A stretch of DNA of 64,000 nucleotides from Tubiluchus corallicola (taxonomy: Eukaryota; Animalia; Priapulida): NCBI GenBank assembly GCA_030141605.1, contig JAQGDQ010000928.1, positions 15,838-79,837 of the forward strand. The letters are read 5' to 3'. The notes below the pieces were generated by a model. It searched no databases. It was given only the letters and a program-made list of their open reading frames with translations, and had not been told where the DNA came from. The position numbers and the translations under genes are program-made. Positions 27,220-38,903 of this stretch are shown in pieces. The stretch's first letter is position 1. Every line of letters begins with the position of its first letter.

Positions 27220-29487
27220 ATGTTTTTTCTCCAAATTTCATAACACCTAGTTTAAATATTACATAACAATTTTTTTATTTACAGAAATACATATGTAGCA
27301 TTTATTACAATTTCGTGACACATACCTCGTGAAATCTGCACCCTATAGTTTTTTAACAAATTATGAATGTAATTACAGGCAACTAAAGAAACCCGAATAC
27401 AAAGCAAACATTCAATGAATTTGTATATATCATCAAAATTACCGATTAAATCTCGAAAGTTACAAATTACAAAATTACATAATTTACGTGCCAATGCTGT
27501 TCTTTTACAATTCAAAATGAAATGTTTTCAACCCTCAATTAGTAACACAGGTTTACTAAACTCACACAATCTATCTTCTCTAGGTTTATGTTGCCAACGA
27601 CATTTTTCGATAGATAAATCGTGAGATATTAATTACAAGCGTACAATGTTTTTATAAGCATCAGTAAAGAATTTTTTCTCATCGCAAAACCCTGACTTTA
27701 AATCTGGATTAATATTTACATAGTTACACGTATTTTGATTTTCCTTGAGAAACCCGTAAGCGTAAACAATTCTTTAAATCTTCTTTTCCGATTCGCTTTC
27801 TAGTAACTGCAGTTCTGTACTTACCAACAAGAGATTTATAATTTACTATCTTTCCTATTCCGTTACATGATACTATTCCAAAAAATGAATTTCGAGTTGT
27901 TCACATCTTTGTCTAAAACACTGATAATGTACAAGCAGCTGGAGAAGTTTTGCACTGTTCTGCAATTTTTAATCACACTGTGTCTTCTCCAGAAAAGCTG
28001 GAGCTGAAAAGGGGTTATGGTTCATAAGATATTTCGCTTAGGTAACGTTATTATGGGTTTCACACGAATTCTGTATGCAAGCCCTATTATTCTCTATTAT
28101 GGGGAAATACGTAACACCTAATCAACAACGATCATGGCAATGCAACAGCTGAATGAGATTGCCCTATTCAGGCAAGTGTTATGATAAGTCTTTATTAGCC
28201 TCTCTTTGCAGGCAAAAATATTTGTACCAACATTATACAATTTTACATAGACACTATACAGTGTGAATTCTACAATATTACATTTACGGATTCTGTAATT
28301 AGCTTTTCTAATTTGTGCATATAACATTTCTTACAGTGATATTAAACAAGAAGTATTGAAGTGCGTGCTAAAATCAAGGTTATTAATGCAGCAAGTTTCC
28401 TGTAAGGTAACGTAAAAATGCAGATGAATCGATATGCCAAATTATTAAATTCCAATTCAATGTTTAAATCCATAAGAGTTACAATAAGTAATCTCTAGAA
28501 CTACACAAATTTAATCACTATTTTACTAAAAATTAACAGCAGGATCTTAAAATAAAAGGGTCCTTTACAAAGTAGGTTAGTGCCGATACTAAATTTTTAT
28601 TTTTGGTCCAATACACAAGATTTAAATTTTCATTTCCCAGTTCGTTTAGTAGTACATTTCGCCTATTGTGTGTGTTAGGCAATCTGTACTGGACAGTGCT
28701 GCTCTCTGAGGCCAGCAGGTAGTTACCTCAACTTACCTGTCAGGTGATTTCATGGTTGATGACTTCAGGTACCTGGCTTTGTGAAATACTGCAGACACTT
28801 GGCCTTGATATTTTGGGTCTGGTCACATGTAATTTATAGATTTGTGTCTTGTTCAGTAAATTATTGTTTCCTGCTGTCTGCAGTTACAATTGGTGTTTAT
28901 TGTCTGTTACAGTTTTCTAATGGTGCTCTAATGTTTGGGCAAGGATGTAAGTTGCTTTTATTTAAATTAAAAATGTTTGCAGTTTTGATTAGCTACTGAA
29001 ATTAACTGTATATGTGAAATATTACTTTATGTAATTTGTTTGTGTATGTACTAATTTTAAGTTATTATTTCCATAAAATATGCAACAATTTATTTACTTA
29101 CATATATGTCTATATTTTTAACAGAATAAACAACTAATTTACACACTTATGTCTGGACTTGATGTTTGGATTGGAGTATTTGAGCATTCTTGGTCATTCG
29201 TGATGAAATGGGTCATGCATGCTATACAATCTGAATATTCATTAAGGCAGGCTCGCCCTAATATTTCTGCTCTGCGTTACTTCAAATGCTGCAAAACTGC
29301 CAAAACATGTTAGATCAGCATGGGTGTTTCACGTACTAGTAAGAAGACACACATGTTATTCTGTGTATGTAGGCGTGGTGTGTGTTTTAAGCCTATGTAA
29401 CAACAACGCGTCCGGCCTACACATCAGCATGTATATGGATGCGTAGCGGAAAGGGCTATTCTGGCTGGGACGGAATCAATCAGGCAT

Positions 29488-29622
29488 GCCACATGTGCCA
29501 GTAATGGTGATGATATCGGACTGGGTGGGTTGAGGACCCCCGGGGTTAATCCCGTGGGTTGCGGGATTAAAAGCCGGGGTCCCTCAACCACTCATTCCGG
29601 TAACATCACTACTACTTGTGGC
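29488..29622. repeat. Imperfect palindrome/hairpin of about 135 bp
   Basis: Arms agtaatggtgatgatatcggactgggtgggttgaggacccccggggttaatcccgt and gcgggattaaaagccggggtccctcaaccactcattccggtaacatcactactact around a 5-nt loop. Confidence 0.8.
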
Positions 29623-30277
29623 GGGTAATGTTTTTACCCTCCCTAGAATAAATTTTCTGTATTATTGATTAGTAACTTGAAAACATTGGCTGTTATTGTC
29701 TATTGCGTGCACGACGGTCATCTCCGGTTAATTAATGCAACAACATCAGTGGATGAACAAGGCGTTTCGTATTAGTCAATTGTTTAGTGAGAGGATTCAA
29801 TACGTGTGGGCGTCACGAAAAACTAATATGTAGCTGATGCCTTGTCTGAGGCAAAAGTTTTTAAAATGTCACTTTTGTAATCAATTTTACTTTTCTCTTT
29901 CAAAAAACTTGTTTTGTTAATTTTGAGAGTAGACTGAAACTTTATATTTCTTTGATCTTCAGTAATAATAAAACACGATATGCTGGCTGACACGGATTTC
30001 ACAATAGGCAGGTGCTGAATTGGTAATTAACACGCTGGGGATTCTCGTGGAATAAGAGGCAGCTGGCTACCTGCGCACAATTCTAGCTAGATGTCATTAA
30101 TTGATGTTCACATGTCAAACGATTCGTATTACATGACATCTAAGAATTGCCAAGCATAGTGATAATAAGTCATTACTGCAAAGGTAATAATATAAGGAGA
30201 CTATTACACCTACACATTGTGTTTCTTTAAGGTGATTAGGTGAAGAAGATGGACAAAAGAGGACGGAAAACTGGAGA

Positions 30278-30430
<153 letters not shown>

Positions 30431-31952
30431 CCACTTTATTATGAATTATTTGAACATTAATCAAAACAGTGTCTGAGTTTACTATAAAATGGTAGTGGAT
30501 AAGCATGTGACTAAACTAACTAAAACATGTAATAGCGAATACTTTCAGCAACATAAGTTAAAGTAGATCAGAATATTTCTTAATGAAATCTCTACTCAAA
30601 CTCTGCCTCACTCTTTCGGGACGTCGCAGACTGATAACTGTAACATTCTTCTTTATAATATTCTGGAGAATCGGTTAGCTAAGCAATAGCAAACTCTTGC
30701 AAACTCTGCAGCTAGATTAGTGTCATTTCCACTCAGATTTGAGCATACTATACATATTCTGGTTCAATTATACTGGTCTTCGTAGAGTTTTGTATAGGAT
30801 TTAAAATCTTACTTATTGTTTTTAAAGATCTTCAAACTTGTGTCAGCGTACAATATGTAACTTCCTTTAACCGGTTAGAAGCTCAAAGTTTGGTCTAAGA
30901 TGTAATTACAGTAAAAAATTTGCCCCTAAAAGTAAATTACCACTTTTGGTCACAAGTCATCACTGTAGAACGACCTACCCATTGAACTTTTATTGATTAG
31001 ATTCTGTTGATAATTTCAGGTTAAACGTTGTTTGAAAACACAATTTTAAACAATTTTTAGCCTAAATTAACGCAATTTGCATTTTTATCTGTATTGTATG
31101 TAACTGTTGTTAGTTTAGTATGTATCACTGTGTAAAGTGCACTAAAATATTGTAACGATAATTAATGCGCTATGAAATTTTTGTTTAATGTAATGTGTCA
31201 CTTACCGATTAAAATTCAGTAGTCAAAGTGTGGAATAAATTAGAATATTGCGTATAAACAGAGCCGCATGTTCAAGCTTTAAACGCGTCAATATATTTTC
31301 TACAGAACAATACATTGATCTTTCCTGGTGGGACCACATACAATTTTGTGCCGAGAGTTTGACCAAAATGACTGTTGTTGATGATGGTGGTGGTGGTGAT
31401 GTTGGGGAACGACCTAATTTGTATAGACCTTCATGAAACTTTATACGAACACGAATTCTGCATCGATTTCAAATACAGAACTTGAATTCTACAAAAATTG
31501 CCGATTGTTGCTAATTATTGTCTGTCAAAATGAGCGAGGATGAGTGTATAAATCAAAAGTGTCTTTGTCTTTTTGACTGACAAAGTCGGGAAACCTATCA
31601 GTCGTTTTGAATTCAAAATGGCAGCTATAACATCATTTTCGAAAAAAGCCTAAAGCTCCAATAGCTAGTCATGAAACTTTACAGGAATATGGCAGACAGA
31701 AAAACGGCATTTATCTGCTATCAGTAATAACACCATTTCCGAAAAAATGTATTGCCCTGCGGAATTGCAAAGGATCGTCATGAAACTTTATAGGATACTG
31801 TTGTGGGTTAAGTTGCAAGCTGAGGCACCTACGCAGTTGTGACATCAGTCCACAAGGTTCCATAAGATTTGTAAAGTTTCTGGAGTTAAGTAATTACGAT
31901 CACAACACAAATATTCGACCGCCTGCACTGTAATATCTGTGTAGTAGATAGG

Positions 31953-32425
31953 AGTAAAGAGAAGATGATAATTGTATGATTAGTATTAGCAGTTCAGTAA
32001 TGAAACGACTCTATGAAGGGGATATGAGAGATATGTAGAAATGAAGCCATGATTTTAGGTGCGGCTGTCATGTGACTGAATTCCATATACGGACATTGCC
32101 CGTCTGAATTGTCAGACTAGCAACAATTATAACGCATGCGCTGTGAGTCCAAAAAGCTGAAGGAAGCCAAGTGGAATGGGAGATCAGATCACGGGGGAAT
32201 CTCGAGGAAGCAGGAACAGATCTTGGGCGGTTCGGCAGAGCTATGATATGTACTTTACCATGTAATATATTATTGTGAAATAAATGTGTTAGTCGCTCAT
32301 CAATCCAGGTCTTATAGCTTTGTCACCACCTCACGTCAATAAACGGCTGCGGCCTCCTCAATAATCCACCAACAAGTACTACCACTATACGACTCAGCTC
32401 ATAAACATAACATATAAATTTTACT
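31953..32425 (+). repeat. 5' LTR (473 bp)
   Basis: Starts AGTAAA and ends TTTACT (6-bp inverted termini); 3 substitutions versus the 3' copy by eye; AATAAA at 32279 and 32338. Confidence 0.95.
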
Positions 32426-32440
32426 GGTACTTGTGACCAG
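32425..32440 (+). promoter_or_regulatory. Primer-binding site, imperfect tRNA-His-like
   Basis: TGGTACTTGTGACCAG overlaps the last LTR base; compare TGGTGCCGTGACCAG, the complement of the invertebrate tRNA-His 3' end as recalled. Confidence 0.6.
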
Positions 32441-32853
32441 TTCCGATTTTTCTACACGGAGAGAGATTCTAGTAACCTGGCTTCATTGCGTCCACAACCG
32501 CGCTGATCCAAGCAAACATGAATAAAGCTGTTTATTGACGTAATTGATCTGCCACACATCTTGACGTCTACAACTTTGTCGTGAGTACATGCACGTTCTT
32601 TCTCCACCCTAATATTTTACTTATGTACCTTTCCTGGTTGTGTCAGTGAGTGTAAGAGATAACGGTTGCTTGTATTTTAAAGTCAAGGAGGGTTGTAGAT
32701 AAACTCTAACTTGTATATCAAACATTTTGGAGGGTTGTAACTCTAACTTGAATATCAAGATATTGGAGGGTTGTAAAGATTAATCCTATAATGCACTGTA
32801 AATTGCGCAGCGCAAATAGATTTCTTAAATTTAATCTCTATTAAACTTTCTCA

Positions 32854-34182
32854 ATGGCGACTAAATCTCCAGCACCTGAAGCTCAGCATGTGTCTATTGA
32901 TACCTATAATGCTTTAGCAAATCAATTTCATGAGTTGAGTCAAAGATGCGAGAATAGTGATAAAATCTTACAAACCCAAGCTGCTCAGATTTTAAAACAA
33001 GGAGAAAGAATAGGTGATTTGAAACGGGCTAGTGATCAGACCCAATTTTTATGTGAATTGGGCACTCATCTAAAAGACACTAAAGTACAACAAACATTAA
33101 TCCACCAAATTCAACACTTACCGAAATTTTCAGGAGAACCCGGCACTCTCAAATATAGAGATTGGATTGATAATATAGAGCAGTCTCTAAACTTAACTCC
33201 TACATTATTGACATCAAGGGACACCGCCTACAAGCATTTAATTTTGGGCACTATTACAGGGGCAGCCGCAAACTTTGTGAGTAAATACCCAAATCTCGAG
33301 ACGAGAACAGCACAGGAATTACGAAACGCCCTAAGAGACCTATACGCGGACCGACTAGAAATTAATAAGGCTTTCATTGGATTAACTCGAGCTAGGCAAC
33401 AGAAGGGGGAGACCATACAGGCTTTTGGCGACAGGATACTCAAATTAGCAAGAATAGCAAAAACGTCAGAAGATGAAATAGTAGACCCAGCCTTTCAATC
33501 ATTTTTGGTACAATTATTTACACTGGGTATACGAGGGGACCAGGCACGTCAATACTTACTTAGAGAGCCTCCCCGAACTCTAACTTTGGCAATCACAGAA
33601 GCCGCTAACAGGGGAGCCCCCGTGGAGATGTGCCAATATCTTAGATCGTGTTTTCCAGATAATTCAGAACCTATGGAAGTTGATCTAATTTCACAAGAAC
33701 TTCATGAAGACCCCTCAGACATGACTCCCCATACATTGCAGCTGTTTGCAGATTCATTACTTAAACAGGGACAAGTTTTAAGCAACGTACAAGAATCGGT
33801 ATGTTCTCTTAATAAAACTGTCGCTACTTTGGCAAAACCAACACAAAATCAACAAGCAAGATTCGGTAAAGGACGTCAATTTGTACCAACGGGTTTTAAT
33901 AATAATAATAACCGACAATTTCGGACAACCAATCGACCTAACGCTCCATTTCAACGTAATTTTAATAACTTTAATAATAGACAGTTCTACAACGAACGAC
34001 CGAACACAGGTTTCAGGTTTCAACCGCGCGCTACGAATAGAAATAACAACTTCAATCAACGCGCGTCATGGATGCCTAGAGAAAACGCCCCGAATTTCAG
34101 ATTTCAGAATAATAGACCATTTATTCCTAGGTTTAATAGGGAAAAACAATCCGGCAATTTTAATAGGAGAACGGCAAACTAA
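32854..34182 (+). CDS. gag: Gag (442 aa)
   Basis: N-terminal coiled coil, LPKFSG...W capsid start, MHR-like QQKGETIQAFGDRI, PMEVD motif, and an N/R/F-rich tail with no CCHC knuckle. Confidence 0.92.
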   Translation: MATKSPAPEAQHVSIDTYNALANQFHELSQRCENSDKILQTQAAQILKQGERIGDLKRASDQTQFLCELGTHLKDTKVQQTLIHQIQHLPKFSGEPGTLKYRDWIDNIEQSLNLTPTLLTSRDTAYKHLILGTITGAAANFVSKYPNLETRTAQELRNALRDLYADRLEINKAFIGLTRARQQKGETIQAFGDRILKLARIAKTSEDEIVDPAFQSFLVQLFTLGIRGDQARQYLLREPPRTLTLAITEAANRGAPVEMCQYLRSCFPDNSEPMEVDLISQELHEDPSDMTPHTLQLFADSLLKQGQVLSNVQESVCSLNKTVATLAKPTQNQQARFGKGRQFVPTGFNNNNNRQFRTTNRPNAPFQRNFNNFNNRQFYNERPNTGFRFQPRATNRNNNFNQRASWMPRENAPNFRFQNNRPFIPRFNREKQSGNFNRRTAN

Positions 34183-35520
34183 AAGCGACCATTCATGAAA
34201 ATTATCGGTCGTCAGAGTGGTCGCATGATCCTAGACCGAATTATTCCAATTCTTCTTTTAATGCACCCGACAAGTCTAAATTTCAACAAACTGTTTCAGA
34301 AACAAAATATATTTCTATTGCATCCATAGAAACGACGGCTCCATTTTGTAATATTAAAGTTCATGATTATCCTTGTACAGCTATCTTAGATACAGGAGCA
34401 GAAGTTAGTGTTTTAGATAGCACCACTTTCCATAAACTCCCAACAGAAGTACAAAAAACCCTTACGTCCCCTGAAGATAATTTTGTTTTAAATACTGCTT
34501 CAAAAAGCACGTTAAAAATATTAGGTAAATGGCATTTTAACTGTTACCATAGGAAAACAGAAATTGGAAAATTTGTTTTATATCGTAGATCAACTTTCAA
34601 AACCTGTAATTTTAGGTTATAACTTTTTCAAAAACACCCAAGCAGCAATAGATATTGCCAACGGAATTTTAGTCATAAATCAAGAGGTACTTAAATTAGC
34701 TCCCCCGAGCGAAAAACGCATCTTTTTGGTCAAAGCCGCCACTGCTTTATTAATTCCCCCAAAATCTTGTGCACTTGGCAAGGCGTATATCACAGGAAAT
34801 TTTCATAAGAATGATGAATGCGTTCATACTTTAGAACTCCTTAAAGCGAACGTATTACCTATTTATAAAGAAACCACATGTGACATAGTTCCCAGTATTG
34901 TGAATATGTATAAGAAACAAGTTTATGTACCCTTATACAATGACGGTGAAAAGGATGTAATTGTATCTCGGAATGACATTTTAAGTCTTGCAGTTGAACA
35001 AGACCCAACAGTTATGTATCAAGTTTCAAATATTGCTAAATGCACGGAAGTTATGAACTCGATACAACAAATAGCTTCGCAACTTCAGAATGAAATTTTC
35101 CCTAAAATAAATACAACGGATAAGGGAAATTCCTTGCCAAAATATGTTCGTAGACTTCACGTTCAGACACTGGACCATGTGACGAAATACGGACCACCAC
35201 AAGATTACAGATTACAACAGACACCTTACAAGACTGAAGCCATCTTGTATAATACTCCAAATATAATACATTCCATTGATGAAAATATAGAAGCTAAACC
35301 TACTTCAAATAAACGAAGACGGAAACGGCTACAAAAGCATATTAAACAACAATTCGTTCGTATGATGTCATCGGAAAGCTTACTAAAAGAATTAAAATTA
35401 GATAACATTACAGATCCCGTACTTAAGGAAAGACTCACTAAATTGCTTCTTAAATATGCAGATTGTTTTGCTGAAGATCCCATAGACGCCCCGGTACGTC
35501 GGAAATTGAATTTAAAATAA
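34167..35520 (+). CDS. pol: Pol N-terminal part: aspartic protease and linker (one-base frameshifts at about 34530 and about 35490)
   Basis: ILDTGAEVSVL at 34383; continues as ...VILGYNFF in the 34564-35520 ORF after a +1 shift. Confidence 0.88.
34173..34239 (+). promoter_or_regulatory. Candidate gag-pol -1 frameshift signal (G GCA AAC plus H-type pseudoknot)
   Basis: The pol frame opens at 34167, -1 relative to gag. Stem 1 is GCGACCATTC (34185-94) with GAGTGGTCGC (34215-24); stem 2 is TCGGTC (34205-10) with GACCGA (34234-39). Confidence 0.7.
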
Positions 35521-35522
35521 GA

Positions 35523-38500
35523 ATGACAGATTATACACCTTATCACGCTAAACCGTACCCTATACCTATAAATTTGGAATCAGTGGTTAAACAGGCTATA
35601 GACACTATGTTAAAGGCAAAAGTCATAGTCCCAGCTGAGAATTCTAGTTATGCAAGTCCCATTCTGTTAGTTCCAAAAAAAGATGGAGGGAAGAGATTAT
35701 GTGTAGATTTGAGACAAATCAATGCACGTACACTCCCTGACCCCTACCCACAACCGAACGTCGAAACATTATTTAAAGAATTAAAAGGTGCTAGTATATT
35801 CTCCTCTCTAGATATGACAAATGCATATTTTCAGATACCAGTTGAACCCGACAGTCAACCTTTTACAAGCTTTGTCAGCCCGTATGGCTTATTCCAATTT
35901 ACAAAAATGCCCTTTGGTTTGAAGAATGCACCAGCTACATTTTCCAGATTAGTAGACCGCCTTTCACGTGACTTAATAACACCCACGGGTAGGAGACGCT
36001 TAATTGCTTATCTAGACGACCTTGTCTGTTGCAGTCCGGATATTGAAACCCATTTTTCCGATTTAGAAGATTTATTTTTGAGATTACGGAAAGCAAATTT
36101 AAAATGCCGACCCAGGAAATGTTTTTTCTTACAAAAATCTATTAAATATTTAGGCCACGTTTTGTCTGAACAAGGCATTGCCACAGATCCGGCAAAGGTG
36201 TTAGCTATTAAGAATGTTTCACCACCCACAGATATTAAAAAGCTAAGAACTTTTTTAGGTCTAGCCACTTATTATCGCAAATTCGTCAAAAATTTTGCGA
36301 TAATAGCTGAACCATTATTAATGTTATTAAGGAAAGAAAATTCGTTTAAATGGACACATTTACAACAAGAGGCTTTTGACAAACTGAAAACAGTTTTAAC
36401 TGAAGCACCAATCTTGAAATATCCGGAGACTAATACAGGTTATATTCTCCATACCGATAGTTCGAACTTTGGCATAGGCGCTGTTCTTTCGCAAGAAGAT
36501 GCAGCTGGAAATATCGGAGTGATCGCGTACATGTCGGAAACACTAAACAGCTCACAAAGATTATGGCCTACATTTCAAAAGGAAGCATACGCCATCGTAG
36601 CTAGCTTTAGAAAATTTAAAACATATCTATATAACGCGCCAAAAATCGATGTTTATACGGATCATGCACCGTTAATTTATTTGTTTACAGGTGCTAAATT
36701 AATGAATCAATTACTGTCTCGATGGGTAGTTGAGCTATTACAGTATAATATTAATATTTATTACCAAAAAGGTTCAGAAAACACAGTTGCAGACGCGTTA
36801 AGTCGACTACCTGCATGTCCAGATTTTATAGGAACGCTCCCAATATCCTTTAGGGATTTTCAACAACAGTTTCTACAATATAATTCGCCTGAAAGATTAG
36901 CAGAGAAATATAAATACTTAGTAGATCAGAAATCTACTTCAGAGCGCAGTAAAGGTATTAAAACTACAGAGATGATTGCCCAAATCAGCCAACAAATGTC
37001 AGGTCAAACTGAATTAGAAAACTACTCAGATCAGACAATAATTAAAAAGGTACTACCTATAGAGGGTAACATTTTAGAAGAAAATATTTGGACAGGTGAA
37101 GACCCATTGTTAAACAGACCAACGGTCGAATCAGCTGGCAATGAAAACGCTCCAACTCAAATTCCATTACCAGCACAAGAAACCTCCTCATCGGACAACC
37201 CAGCCACTCAATTAGAACAAGGTGAAACTGAACATGACCTGGACGAATTCGATGGATTACCTTTAGATCTAACGACAGTACAGCAATGGCAATTATCAGA
37301 TCCTAAATTAGCACCAATTATTCATGCCTTAACCTCACCTACAGAAACTGATATTCAAACAAAACATGCAGAAAATTTCTACATTGATGAGCAGGGATTA
37401 TTGTATAAAGTTGAAAATGACTCCATTAATTTAGAACAGGAAAATTTACGGTTAGCCATTCCAGCGAAATTAACAAGTATTTTAATTAGAGGCTTTCATG
37501 ACGAATTTGCTGGACATTCTTCAGTAAAAAGAACATATGAGCGTCTGAAGAAACGATATTACTGGCCCGGCATGTTTGTACAAATTAAGAAACATGTAGA
37601 TCAGTGTTTGAACTGTCAAACACGGCGTATGAGACCGCATCGTAAACCTTTAGGTATCACAGAATTAGCCAGTAAACCCTTTGAAAATGTATATTTGGAT
37701 ATCTTAATTTTACCCCAGACAGAATCTGGTTATAAATATTTACTAGTTTTAATAGATCAATTAAGTAGCTGGATAGAGGCCTTTCCTTTAATTGATAAAT
37801 CAGCTAACTCAGTTGCTAATGTCATCCTTACAGAATATTTCTCTCGTCACGGAGCAAGTAAAACCTTTTTCAGTGATCAGGGAACAGAATTCAATAATGC
37901 TTTATTAAAAGCTTTACTAAAAGAATTCAGGGTTGTTCAAGTATTAGGAACACCGTACCACTCGAATTCACAAGGCCAAGTTGAACGCGCTAATCGCACT
38001 ATTATCCAACAATTAGCATATGTTTGTCAACAAAAGTCCACAGATTGGATTAAATATCTGCCGCATGTATTATTCGCCCTTAGAACAACTCCAAATTCAA
38101 TAACGGGGTACAGTCCATTTTTTTTAATATATAATCGCCACTGCGATTTGCCACTCGATAATATCCTTCAACTTAGATCTAAATATTACGGATCTGATCC
38201 AATTAGACTGGATCTAAATCGTTTGCATGAAGCCTTTCTGCAAACCCGACAACTGATGCATAAAAATCGTCTAGCCCACAAAAAACGCTATGATAAAAAT
38301 ACGCATATACCTCTTTTCAAAATTGGTGATCCAGTTTTCTTACGTAAAGGTAATTTAGACCCTGCTGAATCACATAAACTATGTCGACCGTGGGCCCCAT
38401 ATTATGTAATAGTTAATAAAATTGATGAATCCCGTCTTAGAATTGTCCATAATAACACAGGCAAGTTTAAAATAGTGCACCCAAACCGGTTACGAAAGGC

Positions 38501-38903
38501 AAATTTGCAAGGAAATCAATGGCTGCTACCAACAGGAACGTCGTCGCATTCCAAGCGAACTTCAAAACGAAAATCCACATTACATTACGTCCCGGAAACT
38601 CTTTCAGACACTGATTCAAATAACCTAATAAATGAGATCCAACCTGACCAAACCCCCATCGCAACCCCGCCCCCGAACTTGGATTTCTATGAAAATGAAC
38701 CCCAACCTCAACCTAACATTTCACCCAGTTCGTCAAATTCTACACTTCATTCTTTGCCAACTTTAGAACGTATAGATCCGATGGAAGAGGAGAATTTAAT
38801 TCAAACCGAAACAGATTATGCAATGCCAGTAGACAACTTAATTCCCCCCCTCGCAAACCGTTCTATAAAACGCTCATCAGACGCCGACACGCNNNNCTGG
38901 TAA
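35523..38903 (+). CDS. pol: Pol: reverse transcriptase, RNase H and integrase
   Basis: RT: YASPILLV, RLCVDLR, MPFGLKNAP, YLDD. RNase H: TDSS, KEAYA, TDH. IN: H..H..C..C, DIL/SDQG/VER and a GPY/F-like PWAPY. The end is uncertain because of NNNN at 38893-96 and may read on to a stop at 38982. Confidence 0.97.
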   Translation: MTDYTPYHAKPYPIPINLESVVKQAIDTMLKAKVIVPAENSSYASPILLVPKKDGGKRLCVDLRQINARTLPDPYPQPNVETLFKELKGASIFSSLDMTNAYFQIPVEPDSQPFTSFVSPYGLFQFTKMPFGLKNAPATFSRLVDRLSRDLITPTGRRRLIAYLDDLVCCSPDIETHFSDLEDLFLRLRKANLKCRPRKCFFLQKSIKYLGHVLSEQGIATDPAKVLAIKNVSPPTDIKKLRTFLGLATYYRKFVKNFAIIAEPLLMLLRKENSFKWTHLQQEAFDKLKTVLTEAPILKYPETNTGYILHTDSSNFGIGAVLSQEDAAGNIGVIAYMSETLNSSQRLWPTFQKEAYAIVASFRKFKTYLYNAPKIDVYTDHAPLIYLFTGAKLMNQLLSRWVVELLQYNINIYYQKGSENTVADALSRLPACPDFIGTLPISFRDFQQQFLQYNSPERLAEKYKYLVDQKSTSERSKGIKTTEMIAQISQQMSGQTELENYSDQTIIKKVLPIEGNILEENIWTGEDPLLNRPTVESAGNENAPTQIPLPAQETSSSDNPATQLEQGETEHDLDEFDGLPLDLTTVQQWQLSDPKLAPIIHALTSPTETDIQTKHAENFYIDEQGLLYKVENDSINLEQENLRLAIPAKLTSILIRGFHDEFAGHSSVKRTYERLKKRYYWPGMFVQIKKHVDQCLNCQTRRMRPHRKPLGITELASKPFENVYLDILILPQTESGYKYLLVLIDQLSSWIEAFPLIDKSANSVANVILTEYFSRHGASKTFFSDQGTEFNNALLKALLKEFRVVQVLGTPYHSNSQGQVERANRTIIQQLAYVCQQKSTDWIKYLPHVLFALRTTPNSITGYSPFFLIYNRHCDLPLDNILQLRSKYYGSDPIRLDLNRLHEAFLQTRQLMHKNRLAHKKRYDKNTHIPLFKIGDPVFLRKGNLDPAESHKLCRPWAPYYVIVNKIDESRLRIVHNNTGKFKIVHPNRLRKANLQGNQWLLPTGTSSHSKRTSKRKSTLHYVPETLSDTDSNNLINEIQPDQTPIATPPPNLDFYENEPQPQPNISPSSSNSTLHSLPTLERIDPMEEENLIQTETDYAMPVDNLIPPLANRSIKRSSDADTXXW

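Noticed and set aside
26651-27243. Poly-Leu, poly-Val and poly-Tyr ORFs
   Set aside because: Translations of an (AGT)n microsatellite.
27824-28005. Minus-strand exon-like segment with good splice sites, as a TTLL4 exon
   Set aside because: Stops in all three frames and no TTL motifs.
33228-38664. Short antisense and alternative-frame ORFs within gag and pol
   Set aside because: Shadow ORFs of long coding sequence, without independent start or splice signals.
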